Translations under genes and position numbers: made by a program
Notes under the pieces: generated by a model
What the model saw: only the letters and a program-made list of their open reading frames with translations
The model's database searches: none
What the model was told of the DNA's origin: nothing
Source of the DNA: an uncultured Collinsella sp.
Lineage (GTDB): Bacteria > Actinomycetota > Coriobacteriia > Coriobacteriales > Coriobacteriaceae
Assembly (NCBI GenBank): GCA_900550195.1
Contig: URRB01000010.1
Span: forward strand, 11,979-75,978
Reading direction: 5' to 3'
Length of the DNA: 64,000 bases
Shown: one piece after another, positions 19,214 through 29,827 of the stretch
Numbering within the stretch: the stretch's first letter is position 1
How the letters are laid out: every line of letters begins with the position of its first letter

Positions 19214-22200
19214 ATGGTCTCTCGTATCTACGTGGAGAAGAAACCCGGGTTCGACGTCGAGGCTCAGCAGCTCAAGGGCGAGCTGACCGAAATTCTCGGC
19301 ATCAAGGGCATCGAGGCCCTGAGGATCATCAACCGCTACGACGTCGAGGGCATCGACGAGGAGCTTTTCCGCTCCTGCGTGCCGACCGTCTTTAGCGAGC
19401 CCCAGGTCGATGTGACCTACGACGAACTCCCCGCAAGCGATGGCGCCGTCTTTGCCGTCGAGTTCCTGCCTGGCCAGTTTGACCAGCGCGCCGACTCCGC
19501 CAGCGAGTGCGTGCAGCTCATCAGCCAGGGTGAGCGCCCCGCCGTGCGCTCCGCCAAGGTCTATATGATCTCGGGCGCTCTGGACGAGGCCGCCATCGAT
19601 GCCATCAAGCACTACGTGGTGAACCCCGTCGAGGCTCGCATCGCCTCGCTCGACCTGCCCGAGACGCTGTACATGGAGACCCCCGAGCCCCAGCCCGTCG
19701 AGGTGCTCGACGGCTTCCGCGAGCTCGACGAGGCCGGCCTTGCCGCCTTTATCGCCGATCGCGGCCTTGCCATGGACGAGGCAGACATCGCCTTCTGCCA
19801 GCAGTACTTCCGCGATGAGGACCGCGACCCCACCATCACCGAGATCCGCGTAATCGACACCTATTGGTCCGACCACTGCCGCCACACCACTTTCGGCACC
19901 GTCCTGGACGACGTGACGATCGACGACGCCGTGGTGCAGCAGGCCTTCGACCGCTACATGGAGATGCGCCATGAGCTCGGTCGCGACGCCAAGCCCGTCT
20001 GCCTCATGGACATGGGCACCATCGGCGCCAAGTACCTTAAGAAGACCGGCGTCATGACCGATGTCGATGAGTCCGAGGAGATCAACGCCTGCACCGTCAA
20101 GGTGAAGGTCGATGTCGATGGCGAGGACCAGGACTGGCTATTCCTCTTTAAGAACGAGACCCACAACCACCCGACCGAGATCGAGCCCTTCGGCGGTGCC
20201 GCCACCTGCGTGGGCGGCGCTATCCGTGACCCGCTCTCGGGCCGCAGCTATGTGTACCAGGCCATGCGCGTCACCGGCGCCGGCGACCCCACCGTCCCGG
20301 TTTCCGAGACGCTCGAGGGCAAGCTGCCGCAGCGCAAGCTCGTGACTACTGCCGCCGCCGGCTACTCCAGCTACGGTAACCAGATCGGCCTTGCCACCGG
20401 TCAGGTCAACGAGCTCTATCACCCCGGCTACGTGGCCAAGCGCATGGAGGTCGGCGCCGTCGTGGGCGCTACCCCGGCAAACCACGTGCGCCGCGAGTGC
20501 CCCGCCCCCACCGACAAGATCATCCTGCTGGGCGGCCGCACCGGCCGTGACGGCATCGGCGGTGCCACCGGCTCCTCCAAGACCCAGAACACCGAGTCCA
20601 TCGAGACCTCGGGCGCCGAGGTCCAGAAGGGCAACGCCCCGGTCGAGCGCAAGCTGCAGCGCCTCTTCCGCCGCGGCGACGCCTGCCGCCTGATCAAGCG
20701 CTGCAACGACTTTGGCGCCGGCGGCGTCTCGGTCGCCGTGGGCGAGCTTGCCGACGGCCTGTATGTCGACCTGGACACCGTGACCAAGAAGTACGACGGC
20801 CTGGACGGCACCGAGCTCGCTATCTCTGAGTCCCAGGAGCGCATGGCCTGCGCCGTCGCCGACGGTGACGTCGAGGAGTTCATGGGCTACGCCGCCGAGG
20901 AGAACCTGGAGGCGACCGTTATCGCCGAGGTTACCGCCGAGCCGCGCATGCGCATGGCCTGGAACGGCGTCGCCATCGTCGACCTGTCCCGCGAGTTCCT
21001 CAACTCCAACGGCGCACCCAAGCACCAGGTCGCCCACGTGTGCGCCCGTAGCGTGTGGCAGCCCAGCTGGGCCGGCACCACGCTCGGCGAGCGCATGACC
21101 TCGCTTGTCACCGATCTTAACGTCGCCTCCAACAAGGGCCTTTCCGAGCGCTTCGACTCCACCATCGGTGCCGCGACCGTGCTCATGCCCTTTGGTGGCA
21201 AGACGCAGCTCACTCCGAGCTCTGCCATGGTCGCCAAGTTCCCCGTGGACGGCGAGACCACCACGGCGAGCGCTATGGCATGGGGCTTCAACCCCTACCT
21301 GATGGAGGCCGACCAGTTTGCGGGCGCCTACCTGTCCGTGGTCGAGTCCATCGCCAAGCTCGTTGCCGCCGGCTTTGAGCACAAGCGCGCCTACCTCTCC
21401 TTCCAAGAGTACTTCGAGCGTCTGCGCACCGAGGCCGAGCGTTGGGGCAAGCCCATGGCAGCCGTCCTGGGCGCCCTTATGGCCCAGGTCGACCTGGGTG
21501 CCGGCGCCATCGGCGGTAAGGATTCCATGAGCGGCTCGTTTGAGGACGAAGCCGGCGAGCTCAACGTTCCGCCGACCCTGATCAGCTTCGCTGTCGCCGT
21601 GGGCCGCGCGGCGCGCGCCGTCTCCCCCGAGTTCAAGGGCCTGACGCACCGCGTTGTCCGTATCGCCCCCGCCACCTATGGCGAGGACTACCGTCCCGAT
21701 GCTCAGCAGCTTCTCGCCGCATTTGACGCCGTCGAGGCGCTCACCGCCACCGGCGACGCCCTGGCCGTCTCCACGCCCGGCTACGGCTGCGGCGCCGAGA
21801 GCCTCTTTAAGATGTGCGTCGGTAACCAGATCGGCATCGAGCTTGGCGATGATGTAGACGTAGAGAGCCTCTTCACCCCGCTCTACGGCAGCTTTATCGT
21901 CGAGCTCGCCGAGGATGCCGAGCTGCCCGAGGTCGCCGACGGCGTTGTCGTCGAGCCCCTGGGCACCACCGTCGAGGGCTATGTCATCGACACCGGCTCC
22001 GAGGTCATCGAGCTCTCCGAGCTCCAGGAGGCCTGGGAGAGCGGCATCGAGGGCGTCTTTGCCTACCGCAGCGCCGACGAGACCCCCGAGGTCGAGACCA
22101 TCGACTTCCGTGCCAAGGACATCCACGTGTACAGCGGCGCCAAGATCGCCCGTCCGCGCGTGATCATCCCCGTGTTCCCCGGCAACAACTGTGAGTACGA

Positions 22201-22960
22201 CAGCGCACGTGCCTTCCGCGCAGCCGGTGCCGAAGCCGACACCTTCGTGATCAACAACCTCACGCCCGAGGCCGTCGCCGAGAGCACCCACGAGCTTGCC
22301 CGCCGCATCCGTGCAAGCCAGATCGTCATGATCCCCGGCGGCTTCTCGGGCGGCGACGAGCCCGACGGCTCTGCCAAGTTCATCACGGCGTTCTTCCGCG
22401 CTCCCGAGGTCACCGAGGCAGTTCGCGACCTGCTCAAGGCCCGCGACGGCCTGATGCTAGGCATCTGCAACGGCTTCCAGGCCCTGGTCAAGCTCGGTCT
22501 GGTGCCCTATGGCGACATCGTCGACGCCACGCCCGATGCGCCCACGCTTACGTTCAACACCATCGGTCGCCATCAGAGCCGTCTGGTGCGCACCCGCATC
22601 TCGTCCAACCTGTCCCCGTGGCTGTCGCAGTGCAGCCTGGACGACCCCTACACCGTCGCCATCAGCCACGGCGAGGGCCGCTTTGTCGCCAATGACGAAG
22701 TGCTCACCCAGCTGATCGCCAACGGCCAGGTCGCCACGCAGTACGTGGGCGAGAACGGCAAGCCCAGCATGGATCTCTCCGTCAACCCCAACGGCTCCGC
22801 ACTCGCCATCGAGGGCATCACGAGCCCCGACGGCCGCGTCCTGGGCAAGATGGGCCATGCCGAGCGTCGCGGCGACAACCTGTACCGCAACGTGCCCGAG
22901 CATGTCCCCGGCGATAAGTTCATGCCGATCTTTGAGAGCGGCGTGGCCTACTTCGCTTAA
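19214..22960 (+). CDS. purL: Phosphoribosylformylglycinamidine synthase (large fused type)
   Basis: WSDHCRH, KNETHNHPT.IEPFGGA, DFGAGG, SESQERM, GGFSGGD, GICNGFQ, MGHAER. Confidence 0.96.
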   Translation: MVSRIYVEKKPGFDVEAQQLKGELTEILGIKGIEALRIINRYDVEGIDEELFRSCVPTVFSEPQVDVTYDELPASDGAVFAVEFLPGQFDQRADSASECVQLISQGERPAVRSAKVYMISGALDEAAIDAIKHYVVNPVEARIASLDLPETLYMETPEPQPVEVLDGFRELDEAGLAAFIADRGLAMDEADIAFCQQYFRDEDRDPTITEIRVIDTYWSDHCRHTTFGTVLDDVTIDDAVVQQAFDRYMEMRHELGRDAKPVCLMDMGTIGAKYLKKTGVMTDVDESEEINACTVKVKVDVDGEDQDWLFLFKNETHNHPTEIEPFGGAATCVGGAIRDPLSGRSYVYQAMRVTGAGDPTVPVSETLEGKLPQRKLVTTAAAGYSSYGNQIGLATGQVNELYHPGYVAKRMEVGAVVGATPANHVRRECPAPTDKIILLGGRTGRDGIGGATGSSKTQNTESIETSGAEVQKGNAPVERKLQRLFRRGDACRLIKRCNDFGAGGVSVAVGELADGLYVDLDTVTKKYDGLDGTELAISESQERMACAVADGDVEEFMGYAAEENLEATVIAEVTAEPRMRMAWNGVAIVDLSREFLNSNGAPKHQVAHVCARSVWQPSWAGTTLGERMTSLVTDLNVASNKGLSERFDSTIGAATVLMPFGGKTQLTPSSAMVAKFPVDGETTTASAMAWGFNPYLMEADQFAGAYLSVVESIAKLVAAGFEHKRAYLSFQEYFERLRTEAERWGKPMAAVLGALMAQVDLGAGAIGGKDSMSGSFEDEAGELNVPPTLISFAVAVGRAARAVSPEFKGLTHRVVRIAPATYGEDYRPDAQQLLAAFDAVEALTATGDALAVSTPGYGCGAESLFKMCVGNQIGIELGDDVDVESLFTPLYGSFIVELAEDAELPEVADGVVVEPLGTTVEGYVIDTGSEVIELSELQEAWESGIEGVFAYRSADETPEVETIDFRAKDIHVYSGAKIARPRVIIPVFPGNNCEYDSARAFRAAGAEADTFVINNLTPEAVAESTHELARRIRASQIVMIPGGFSGGDEPDGSAKFITAFFRAPEVTEAVRDLLKARDGLMLGICNGFQALVKLGLVPYGDIVDATPDAPTLTFNTIGRHQSRLVRTRISSNLSPWLSQCSLDDPYTVAISHGEGRFVANDEVLTQLIANGQVATQYVGENGKPSMDLSVNPNGSALAIEGITSPDGRVLGKMGHAERRGDNLYRNVPEHVPGDKFMPIFESGVAYFA

Positions 22961-22997
22961 ACCTTTCCCATCAGGTACAATCCCTTCGGGTAACAAC

Positions 22998-23034
22998 ACC
23001 CGCCACCGACACATCCGGTGGCGGGTTCTTTTTT
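22998..23034 (+). terminator. Intrinsic terminator after purL
   Basis: ACCCGCCACCG/CGGTGGCGGGT stem followed by a T-tract. Confidence 0.8.
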
Positions 23035-23059
23035 ACTTCGCGCATGTAGGAAGGACATC

Positions 23060-23995
23060 ATGGAAAGCCGCAAGCCGTATCTCGCCACCCTGCCCGGACT
23101 CATCCTGGGCTGTCTTGTTTGCTGTGCACTCTGGGGATCGGCCTTTCCCTGCATCAAGATCGGCTACGCACTCTTTAGCATCCCAGCGCACGATAGCGCT
23201 TCGCAGCTGCTCTTTGCAGGTTTACGCTTTACGCTTGCCGGCGCCCTGGTTATCGTTGGGATGAGCGCGGCCCAACGCCGCCCCCTCATACCGCAAGCGC
23301 GCGACATCAAGCCCATCTTTGTCTTGTCGCTCTTCCAGACTATCGGGCAGTACTTCTTTTTCTATCTGGGCCTCTCGCGCGCCAGCGCCATGTCGAGCTC
23401 CATCATCGAGGCCAGCGCCAACTTCCTCGCAATCCTCTTTGCCGCCCTGGCATTTCACACCGAGAAGCTCAATACGGCCAAGGTGCTTGGCTGTGCGCTG
23501 GGCTTTGCCGGCGTCGCGCTCGTCAACCTTTCGGGCGCGGACGGCACCTTTGGCTTTACGCTCGACGGCGAGGGCTTTATCTTGGCTTCCACTGTTGCAG
23601 GCGCCCTATCGACCTGCCTGATCGGCATCTTCTCGCGCGAGCACGACGGCGTCTTGCTTGCCGGGTGGCAGTTTTTAGTCGGTGGCGTGGTCCTTACCGC
23701 CATCGGGTTTTTGATGGGCGGCACGTTGTCCCCCACCGAAATCGCCCCCGCCATCGCGCTCATCATTTATATGGCACTCATTTCCGCCGTCGCGTACTCG
23801 CTGTGGTCGCGCCTGCTTGCCGTCAACCCCGTCAGCCGCGTCTCGGTCTTTGGGTTTATGAACCCCGTCTTTGGTGTGGTGCTGAGCGCGCTGCTGCTCG
23901 GCGAGGGCGCTGGCACGAGCCCCGTTACCGTCATCGTTGCCCTGCTGTTGGTCTGCGGCGGCATCATCATCGTCAACAAACCCAAAAAAGCCTAG
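23060..23995 (+). CDS. DMT/EamA family transporter
   Basis: LWGSAFP.IK, RF..AG, about 10 TM helices, PVFGV.LS.LLLGE. Confidence 0.88.
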   Translation: MESRKPYLATLPGLILGCLVCCALWGSAFPCIKIGYALFSIPAHDSASQLLFAGLRFTLAGALVIVGMSAAQRRPLIPQARDIKPIFVLSLFQTIGQYFFFYLGLSRASAMSSSIIEASANFLAILFAALAFHTEKLNTAKVLGCALGFAGVALVNLSGADGTFGFTLDGEGFILASTVAGALSTCLIGIFSREHDGVLLAGWQFLVGGVVLTAIGFLMGGTLSPTEIAPAIALIIYMALISAVAYSLWSRLLAVNPVSRVSVFGFMNPVFGVVLSALLLGEGAGTSPVTVIVALLLVCGGIIIVNKPKKA

Positions 23996-24142
23996 CGAGT
24001 TCACCTTTTTAGAGAGGATGTTCGCAAACTTTAGCTTAATGGAGCACACTGGTTCTCGTTGATTTCGTACCGAGTCGCGGCTGCAGACGCCCGTCTTGCC
24101 GCACCGCGCCTGGGCATTATGGCCGGTGGCCCCCACAAACGC

Positions 24143-24186
24143 AAAAAGGGGCGCACGACCATCGCAACGGTCGTGCGCCCCTTTTT
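24143..24186. terminator. Bidirectional terminator between the DMT and GGDEF genes
   Basis: AAAAAGGGGCGCACGACC...GGTCGTGCGCCCCTTTTT. Confidence 0.85.
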
Positions 24187-25329
24187 CTAGCGAACCTTGA
24201 TGCCGGATTTCTTTTTGGCATCCTTGATGCGATAGAGCTCCGCATCGGCAGCGCGCAGAAGCTCTTGCCACGTGTTGATCCCATCGCCGTAGCGCGCGTA
24301 GCCGATAGACATTCGAAGCGAGTAGGGTGTCTCGGCGCGCGAGAGCTCGTTATTGATCGCCGAACACAGGCGGATAATGTCGTGCTCCGTCACCCCCTTC
24401 TGCAGTACGACGAACTCATCACCGCCATAGCGCGCAATAAAGCCGCCGGACGGCGAACAGACGTCCTTGAGTACTGCGGAAACAACCTGAAGAGCATGGT
24501 CGCCCTCCACATGTCCATACTGATCGTTAATCTGCTTAAAGCCGTCGGCGTCCATCATGAGCAGATACACATCTTCGGCCTGATCCACATTTGAGAAGAG
24601 CGACAGCATATAGGTCTCAAAACGGTTGCGATTGTTGAGGCCAGTCAACGGGTCGGTCGAGATGAGCTGCTCCTGGCAGATGATATAGAGCAGCAACATG
24701 CTAATCATTATGCCGACACAAAGGCCAGGCACCGAGTATACGATCTGAAAGGTACCGCCCACCAGGGCCGGAATGGCGAAAAATGCCAAGGTTCGATAGA
24801 CAGCCTTCGTCTGCAGGCTCTCGACCCTGCGAGATTGCACAAACGCATGCAGGGACGTATGTATAACGTAACAGTAGCTGACAATGGGCTGGATCATATA
24901 GGCAAAGCCGCGACGATACACGCCCTGCGAATCGATATAGAACAGGGCGTGCGTCCAGTAACTGGTAAAAGCCAGCACGACCACCAGAGCCGTAGGCAAC
25001 GTTACAAGCACCACCCTATAGCGCGAGGTCACAAGGTGAGAGCCTTGCATCGTCTCGGAATAGATAAACCAAATGAGACACGCGATGGCGAAGAGCGAAA
25101 ACGAAACCGCGTTGGAAATCCAGTTGGCTGCAATGCCCAACGTGCCGTCCGCACCATCCGAAAGCGTCCAGATCATATCGAAGAAAATGTAGGCAGCAGA
25201 CGTGTAGCCCAGCATGCTAAACAAAAGCTGCTGGGTGCTCGAGAACAGGGAGCGACGGCTTCGTACGGCAAGCCCGATAAGAACAATCATGCATAGCAGG
25301 AATATCTCAATCTTGAGTGCCTTAACCAC
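24187..25329 (-). CDS. Membrane-bound diguanylate cyclase (GGDEF)
   Basis: DPLTGLNNR, D.D.FK.IND.YGH..GD, RYGGDEF; N-terminal TM domain. Confidence 0.92.
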   Translation of the reverse strand: MVKALKIEIFLLCMIVLIGLAVRSRRSLFSSTQQLLFSMLGYTSAAYIFFDMIWTLSDGADGTLGIAANWISNAVSFSLFAIACLIWFIYSETMQGSHLVTSRYRVVLVTLPTALVVVLAFTSYWTHALFYIDSQGVYRRGFAYMIQPIVSYCYVIHTSLHAFVQSRRVESLQTKAVYRTLAFFAIPALVGGTFQIVYSVPGLCVGIMISMLLLYIICQEQLISTDPLTGLNNRNRFETYMLSLFSNVDQAEDVYLLMMDADGFKQINDQYGHVEGDHALQVVSAVLKDVCSPSGGFIARYGGDEFVVLQKGVTEHDIIRLCSAINNELSRAETPYSLRMSIGYARYGDGINTWQELLRAADAELYRIKDAKKKSGIKVR

Positions 25330-25517
25330 TAGACGCCCTCCCTTCAATATCCAAGTGGTCAGAATCGCCCGATTCGTGTCTGGGCAATAAACGCCCCTTT
25401 CTCCGCAGGGGTAAGGGGAATAATAGCAGAGCGCCCGAACGTCACTGCAAGACAGCTCTCGTTCGGGCGCTCAAACGGCGCGAGTTGCACGCCGGAATCA
25501 TTGATGGGTATCGATTG

Positions 25518-26540
25518 CTACTCGCCATCGATGTCGGTCGCGACAGCCTCTTCGATGGCCTCGACACCGGCAGGCGACAGGTCTTCCTTGCCCTGGCAGA
25601 ACTTCTTATCGACCCAGCCGGTCAGAATCGGGGCCATGATTGCCGTGATGATGACGGCAGTGGCGATCTGCGCATACGCGGTGGGCGCAAGCTCGGCATA
25701 GCGCGGAGCGACCTCGGCGAGGGCGACCGGCGTGGTCATGGCCGTGCCGGCAATGGTGGAACATGCCACAGCCGCCTTACCATTGCCGCCACACAGGCGC
25801 TCGAAGGCAAAGGTAATGGGACCGACGATAAAGAGCGTGATGAGGCCCAGCAGGATGCCCGAAATGCCACCGGCGATGAAGCTCGAAAGGCTCATGGACG
25901 CACCGAGCTGAAAACCAATTACAGCGATCGCGGGATTGGCGCCGGGAACCAACAGGTTCTTGATAAACGGGAACAAGTTGCCCAGGACCATGCCGATAAC
26001 AAGCGGCAGGATGGATCCGATGATGGTGCCGACGGGGATGTTGGCGAGACCCGAAACACCAAGGATGATCATCGTGACGGCGGGGCCGGCCGTAAAGAAC
26101 AGGATACCGACAGCGCCCTGCTCGGACTCGTCGCCGAACTCGCCCATGATACCCGTGTAGAGCGCCATGTTGCAAAACGTAATGCCGCCGATGATTGAGA
26201 CCGAGCTCAGGCCCAAAAGGTTGTCGTTAAAGAAATACGCAACGCCCAGGCCCAGCGCGGCTGCCACCACAAGCTTAGGAATCAGCACGACGATGCCGGT
26301 CTTGATGGCACCCGGTGTGGACTTAAAGCTGATGCCGGCGCCCACAAACAGCAAGATCGCGGCAACGATGGTGTTGGAGCCGCCGCGGCAGGCTGCCGTA
26401 AAGAAGCCGCCGATCTCAAAGACCTGTGGGCAGAAGGTATTGAGCAAAAGGCCGACGATCATCGGGTAGATCATGATGTCACCCGGGGTGCGCGGTACCT
26501 TGAATTTCTTTTGCTCGTTGGCGGTCGCTCCCTGTGCCAT
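25518..26540 (-). CDS. kdgT: 2-keto-3-deoxygluconate permease (KdgT family)
   Basis: PG..M.YP, NTF.P...IGGF.TA, N.ALY...MGEFGD, GM.LGNL, A.AQIA.AVI. Confidence 0.75.
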   Translation of the reverse strand: MAQGATANEQKKFKVPRTPGDIMIYPMIVGLLLNTFCPQVFEIGGFFTAACRGGSNTIVAAILLFVGAGISFKSTPGAIKTGIVVLIPKLVVAAALGLGVAYFFNDNLLGLSSVSIIGGITFCNMALYTGIMGEFGDESEQGAVGILFFTAGPAVTMIILGVSGLANIPVGTIIGSILPLVIGMVLGNLFPFIKNLLVPGANPAIAVIGFQLGASMSLSSFIAGGISGILLGLITLFIVGPITFAFERLCGGNGKAAVACSTIAGTAMTTPVALAEVAPRYAELAPTAYAQIATAVIITAIMAPILTGWVDKKFCQGKEDLSPAGVEAIEEAVATDIDGE

Positions 26541-26680
26541 GAAACCCCCTTTTCCGCTGACGCAGAACAAAAGCCCACGTCACGCTTTGCTACAGTAAAG
26601 TTTGACCATGGTACCAGAAGAAGCAGACCGCCTCGGTGAGAAATTGGATTCGTTGGCCGGAATGAAAACGCGTCCTGCTC

Positions 26681-27004
26681 TTATACGAGGCTCAAAACGA
26701 TATAGAGCACGATGCCCGAAACACAGCACCATAGCATCGACTTTGTCTTGATTGCCACCGCCACGACGCCGGTGGCCGCAATCCAGGGAACCAAGGCAGG
26801 CCAGAGTCCCGCGTCGAACGCGCCGGGGTTCACCAAGTCGTTGGCGACCAGCGCGGCAAAGGCAGCGGGCGGGATATAGCCCAGGGCCTCGGTAATGCGG
26901 GGCGACAGGGTCCGCCCGCGCAAGGCGAACGCCGGCGCGATGCGAAAGAACGCGATAGCAGCCCACGACGACAGCCACAGAACCAAGAACTCGTTAGCGG
27001 GCAT
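26681..27004 (-). CDS. azlD: AzlD-family branched-chain amino acid exporter small subunit
   Basis: R..P...L.YIP.A.FAAL motif; lies directly after azlC. Confidence 0.8.
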   Translation of the reverse strand: MPANEFLVLWLSSWAAIAFFRIAPAFALRGRTLSPRITEALGYIPPAAFAALVANDLVNPGAFDAGLWPALVPWIAATGVVAVAIKTKSMLWCCVSGIVLYIVLSLV

Positions 27005-27686
27005 CGCGGGCACCTCTTCCGTCAAATACAGCATCGCACGCCAGCGCAATGGCAATGCCGACCACGACGCTTGCCGGCACGGCAATATTCGCGAGGCCCA
27101 AGAACTTGCATACGGCGACGGACACCGCGCCCGAAACCGCCGCGACAACGTTACCGCGCGACAGCCGCTGCGAAAAGAGCAGGCAGATAAAGAGCGAGGT
27201 GCAGACAAAGGCTGCAATGGCGGTGGGAACATCGACAACGGCGCCGACGATGGCGCCCATCGTACACGAAACGCCCCATGTTGCGATGAGGATCACGTTG
27301 AGCACAAAGGACTCGCGCGGGCCCCAATCCTCCCCTTCAACCAACTTGGCAAGCGAGATGCCATATGCCTCCTCGGTAAGTGTCGCGGCAACAGCCAGCG
27401 TCTGACGCTTCGAGGCACCCCTCAGATGCGGTGCGATCGATGCCGAGTAAAGCGCAAAACGCGAGGAGATGGCGGCAACGCTCGCGACGATCGATGCTGC
27501 AGGCACACCCGCCAGCCACAGGTTGCAGATCATAAACTGGCCGCTGCCCGTCACAAACGTACTGCTTAGAGCAAAGACCATCCAGGGCTCCATTCCCGTC
27601 TGCCCCATGATCATTCCGCACGGCGCGCCTATTGCAACATAGGTAAGCATCACCGGCCAGACGGTTCTAACGATTTTGAGCACCAT
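26994..27686 (-). CDS. azlC: AzlC-family branched-chain amino acid exporter
   Basis: PV.L.Y..IG, S...GSGQF, R..LY, LTEE.YG motifs. Confidence 0.82.
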   Translation of the reverse strand: MVLKIVRTVWPVMLTYVAIGAPCGMIMGQTGMEPWMVFALSSTFVTGSGQFMICNLWLAGVPAASIVASVAAISSRFALYSASIAPHLRGASKRQTLAVAATLTEEAYGISLAKLVEGEDWGPRESFVLNVILIATWGVSCTMGAIVGAVVDVPTAIAAFVCTSLFICLLFSQRLSRGNVVAAVSGAVSVAVCKFLGLANIAVPASVVVGIAIALACDAVFDGRGARDAR

Positions 27687-27812
27687 ACGTTTCTCATCCT
27701 GACAAGGTCTCCGAGCCGCATGTAGCGACACGGCAGAATCATCATCCGGCAGCAACCGAGTTCACCTACAATTGCCACCGGATCGAAAGACACAACTTTT
27801 TAGGAAGTCATT

Positions 27813-28625
27813 ATGACAGCTATCGATCGAGACCGGGCGCGCGCGGCCTTCAAAAGCTACACCGATGCCTACGACGCCACCAACCCACGCATCGCGCTCA
27901 AAATCGAGCATACGTACCACGTGGCCGAGGCATGCGATGCCGTAGCGCGCGAGCAGGGCTGGTCGTCAGAAGATATTGACCTGGCATGGCTTTGCGGCCT
28001 GCTACACGATATGGGCCGCTTTGAGCAGCTGAGACGCTGGGACACCTTTAAGGACGCCGAGAGCATGAGCCATGCGGCGCTGGGCATCGAGGTCCTCTTT
28101 GGCGAGAATCCCGCCGATGCACCCGCCGTAACGAGCATCCGCGACTTTATCGATGACCCGGCAGAAGATGAGCTCATCCGAGCGAGCATTGCCTATCACA
28201 GCGATTTCCGTCTACCCGCGCAGCTCGACGTGCGCACGCGAAGCTTCTGCGATATCGTGCGCGATGGTGACAAGATCGACATTATGCGCACCATCGCCGA
28301 CAGCACCGTCGACACCATCCTCAAGGTGGACGAGAAGACGTTTCTCGGCAGCCGTTTCTCGTCGCCGATACTTGCCGCCTTTGACGAGCACCGCTGCGTC
28401 GCACGCGATGAACGCAACGAGCCCGCCGACTTCTTGGTGGGACTCATCTGCTTTATGTTTGAGCTCGTCTATCCAGCAAGCCGCGCGCTGGCGCGCGAAC
28501 AGGGCGATATCCACCGCCTGCTCGACGCGCCCTTTGGCATCACGCGGCCCTTTACCGACCCCGCCACGCAGGCAACCTGGAGCCGCCTAAAGGACGAGAT
28601 GCGCGACTGGCTGGCGCGCGCCTAG
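27813..28625 (+). CDS. HD-domain phosphohydrolase
   Basis: K..HT..V, LLHDMGRFEQ, H, H and RD.DK.D metal ligands. Confidence 0.85.
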   Translation: MTAIDRDRARAAFKSYTDAYDATNPRIALKIEHTYHVAEACDAVAREQGWSSEDIDLAWLCGLLHDMGRFEQLRRWDTFKDAESMSHAALGIEVLFGENPADAPAVTSIRDFIDDPAEDELIRASIAYHSDFRLPAQLDVRTRSFCDIVRDGDKIDIMRTIADSTVDTILKVDEKTFLGSRFSSPILAAFDEHRCVARDERNEPADFLVGLICFMFELVYPASRALAREQGDIHRLLDAPFGITRPFTDPATQATWSRLKDEMRDWLARA

Positions 28626-29827
28626 CGCTCAAGCTGGGCCAGCAGCTCCTCGACGACCTCGACGGCATCCCCAACAACCTCGTACTGGGCAGCACCAAAA
28701 ATGGGGGCATCCGGGTCCTCGTTGATGGCGATAATGCACTCCGCCCCACCGATGCCGGCAAGATGCTGGATGGCGCCCGAAACACCGATACTCACGAGAA
28801 GCTTGGGCGAAACCGATACGCCGGTCTGGCCAATCTGATGGCGATACTCCAACCAGCCGGCCTCCACGACAGGTCGCGTGCAACCAAGCTCGGCTCCCAG
28901 GGCCTCGGCAAGCCTTCGCATCAGTGGCAGGTTTTTCTTGGAACCAATGCCGCGACCCACCACGACCAGGCGCTCGGCATCGGCGATCGAAGCCTGCTGC
29001 CCCCACTCCTCGGCGGGAATCGAAATCTCGACACGAGCCCTGGCGTCTTCCGCAAGCATCACCTGGGTGATCGTGCCGGAACGGCCGTAGTCGAAGTCGG
29101 GAGCCTTAAAGATACCGGGGCGCACCGTTGCCATCTGGGGACGATGATTGGGGCAGACAATGGTGGCCATCAGGTTGCCGCCAAACGCCGGACGCGTCTG
29201 TTGCAGCAGTCCCGTCTCCGTATCCATCGAAAGTACGGTGCAGTCAGCCGTAAGGCCCGTCTGCAAACGCACGGCAACGCCGGGTGCCAGTTCGCGGCCA
29301 AAAGCGGTCGCACCGTATAGGATGGCCTCGGGTTTGCGTTCGGCTACCAAATCGCAGATCAAGCTGGCGTAGACCTCCGCATCGTTTTGGCGCAGGCGCT
29401 CGTCGCGACAGGCCAGGACTTCGTCGGCGCCCGCGCAAACCAGATGCTCCAGGTCACCGAGAGAACCCTCGGGGCCCATGCCGGCCAGTGCCACCAGACG
29501 GCAGCCACGAGCATCGGCAAGCTCGCGGCCCTTGCCCATAAGCTCATAGGCAACGGGAGTCACCGTATCGTGCTCGTCGGTCTGCACGAATACCCAAATG
29601 TCTCGATACGCATCGAGGTCAACCGCGCCGGCGGTCTCGTCACGCTCGATCGAGATAGCGTTGACAGGGCAGGCGTCGACGCACCCACCGCATAGGATGC
29701 AGCCGTCGGTTACGCGGGCGCATCGGCTGGGTCGTTCGCCTTCCACTACGATGCCGCCCGAGGCACAGGCGCGAACGCAGCGACCGCAGCCGACACAGGC
29801 TTCGCTATCGATAATCAGTCCGCTCAT
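28622..29827 (-). CDS. etfA: Electron transfer flavoprotein alpha subunit with N-terminal 2[4Fe-4S] ferredoxin domain
   Basis: CVGCGRC and CILCGGC..CP; GLTADCT, TRPAFGGN, QIGQTG, GVSGAIQH. Confidence 0.92.
   Translation of the reverse strand: MSGLIIDSEACVGCGRCVRACASGGIVVEGERPSRCARVTDGCILCGGCVDACPVNAISIERDETAGAVDLDAYRDIWVFVQTDEHDTVTPVAYELMGKGRELADARGCRLVALAGMGPEGSLGDLEHLVCAGADEVLACRDERLRQNDAEVYASLICDLVAERKPEAILYGATAFGRELAPGVAVRLQTGLTADCTVLSMDTETGLLQQTRPAFGGNLMATIVCPNHRPQMATVRPGIFKAPDFDYGRSGTITQVMLAEDARARVEISIPAEEWGQQASIADAERLVVVGRGIGSKKNLPLMRRLAEALGAELGCTRPVVEAGWLEYRHQIGQTGVSVSPKLLVSIGVSGAIQHLAGIGGAECIIAINEDPDAPIFGAAQYEVVGDAVEVVEELLAQLER

Noticed and set aside
17629..19395. 588-aa plus-strand ORF
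   Set aside because: Antisense shadow of the antiporter; Arg/His-rich composition with no motifs
20138..22291. 717-aa minus-strand ORF
   Set aside because: Antisense shadow of purL
24040..24130. ZTP-riboswitch-like 3' motif CGCCTGGGCA
   Set aside because: Lies between convergent genes with no downstream ORF and lacks the 5' GACTGGCG element
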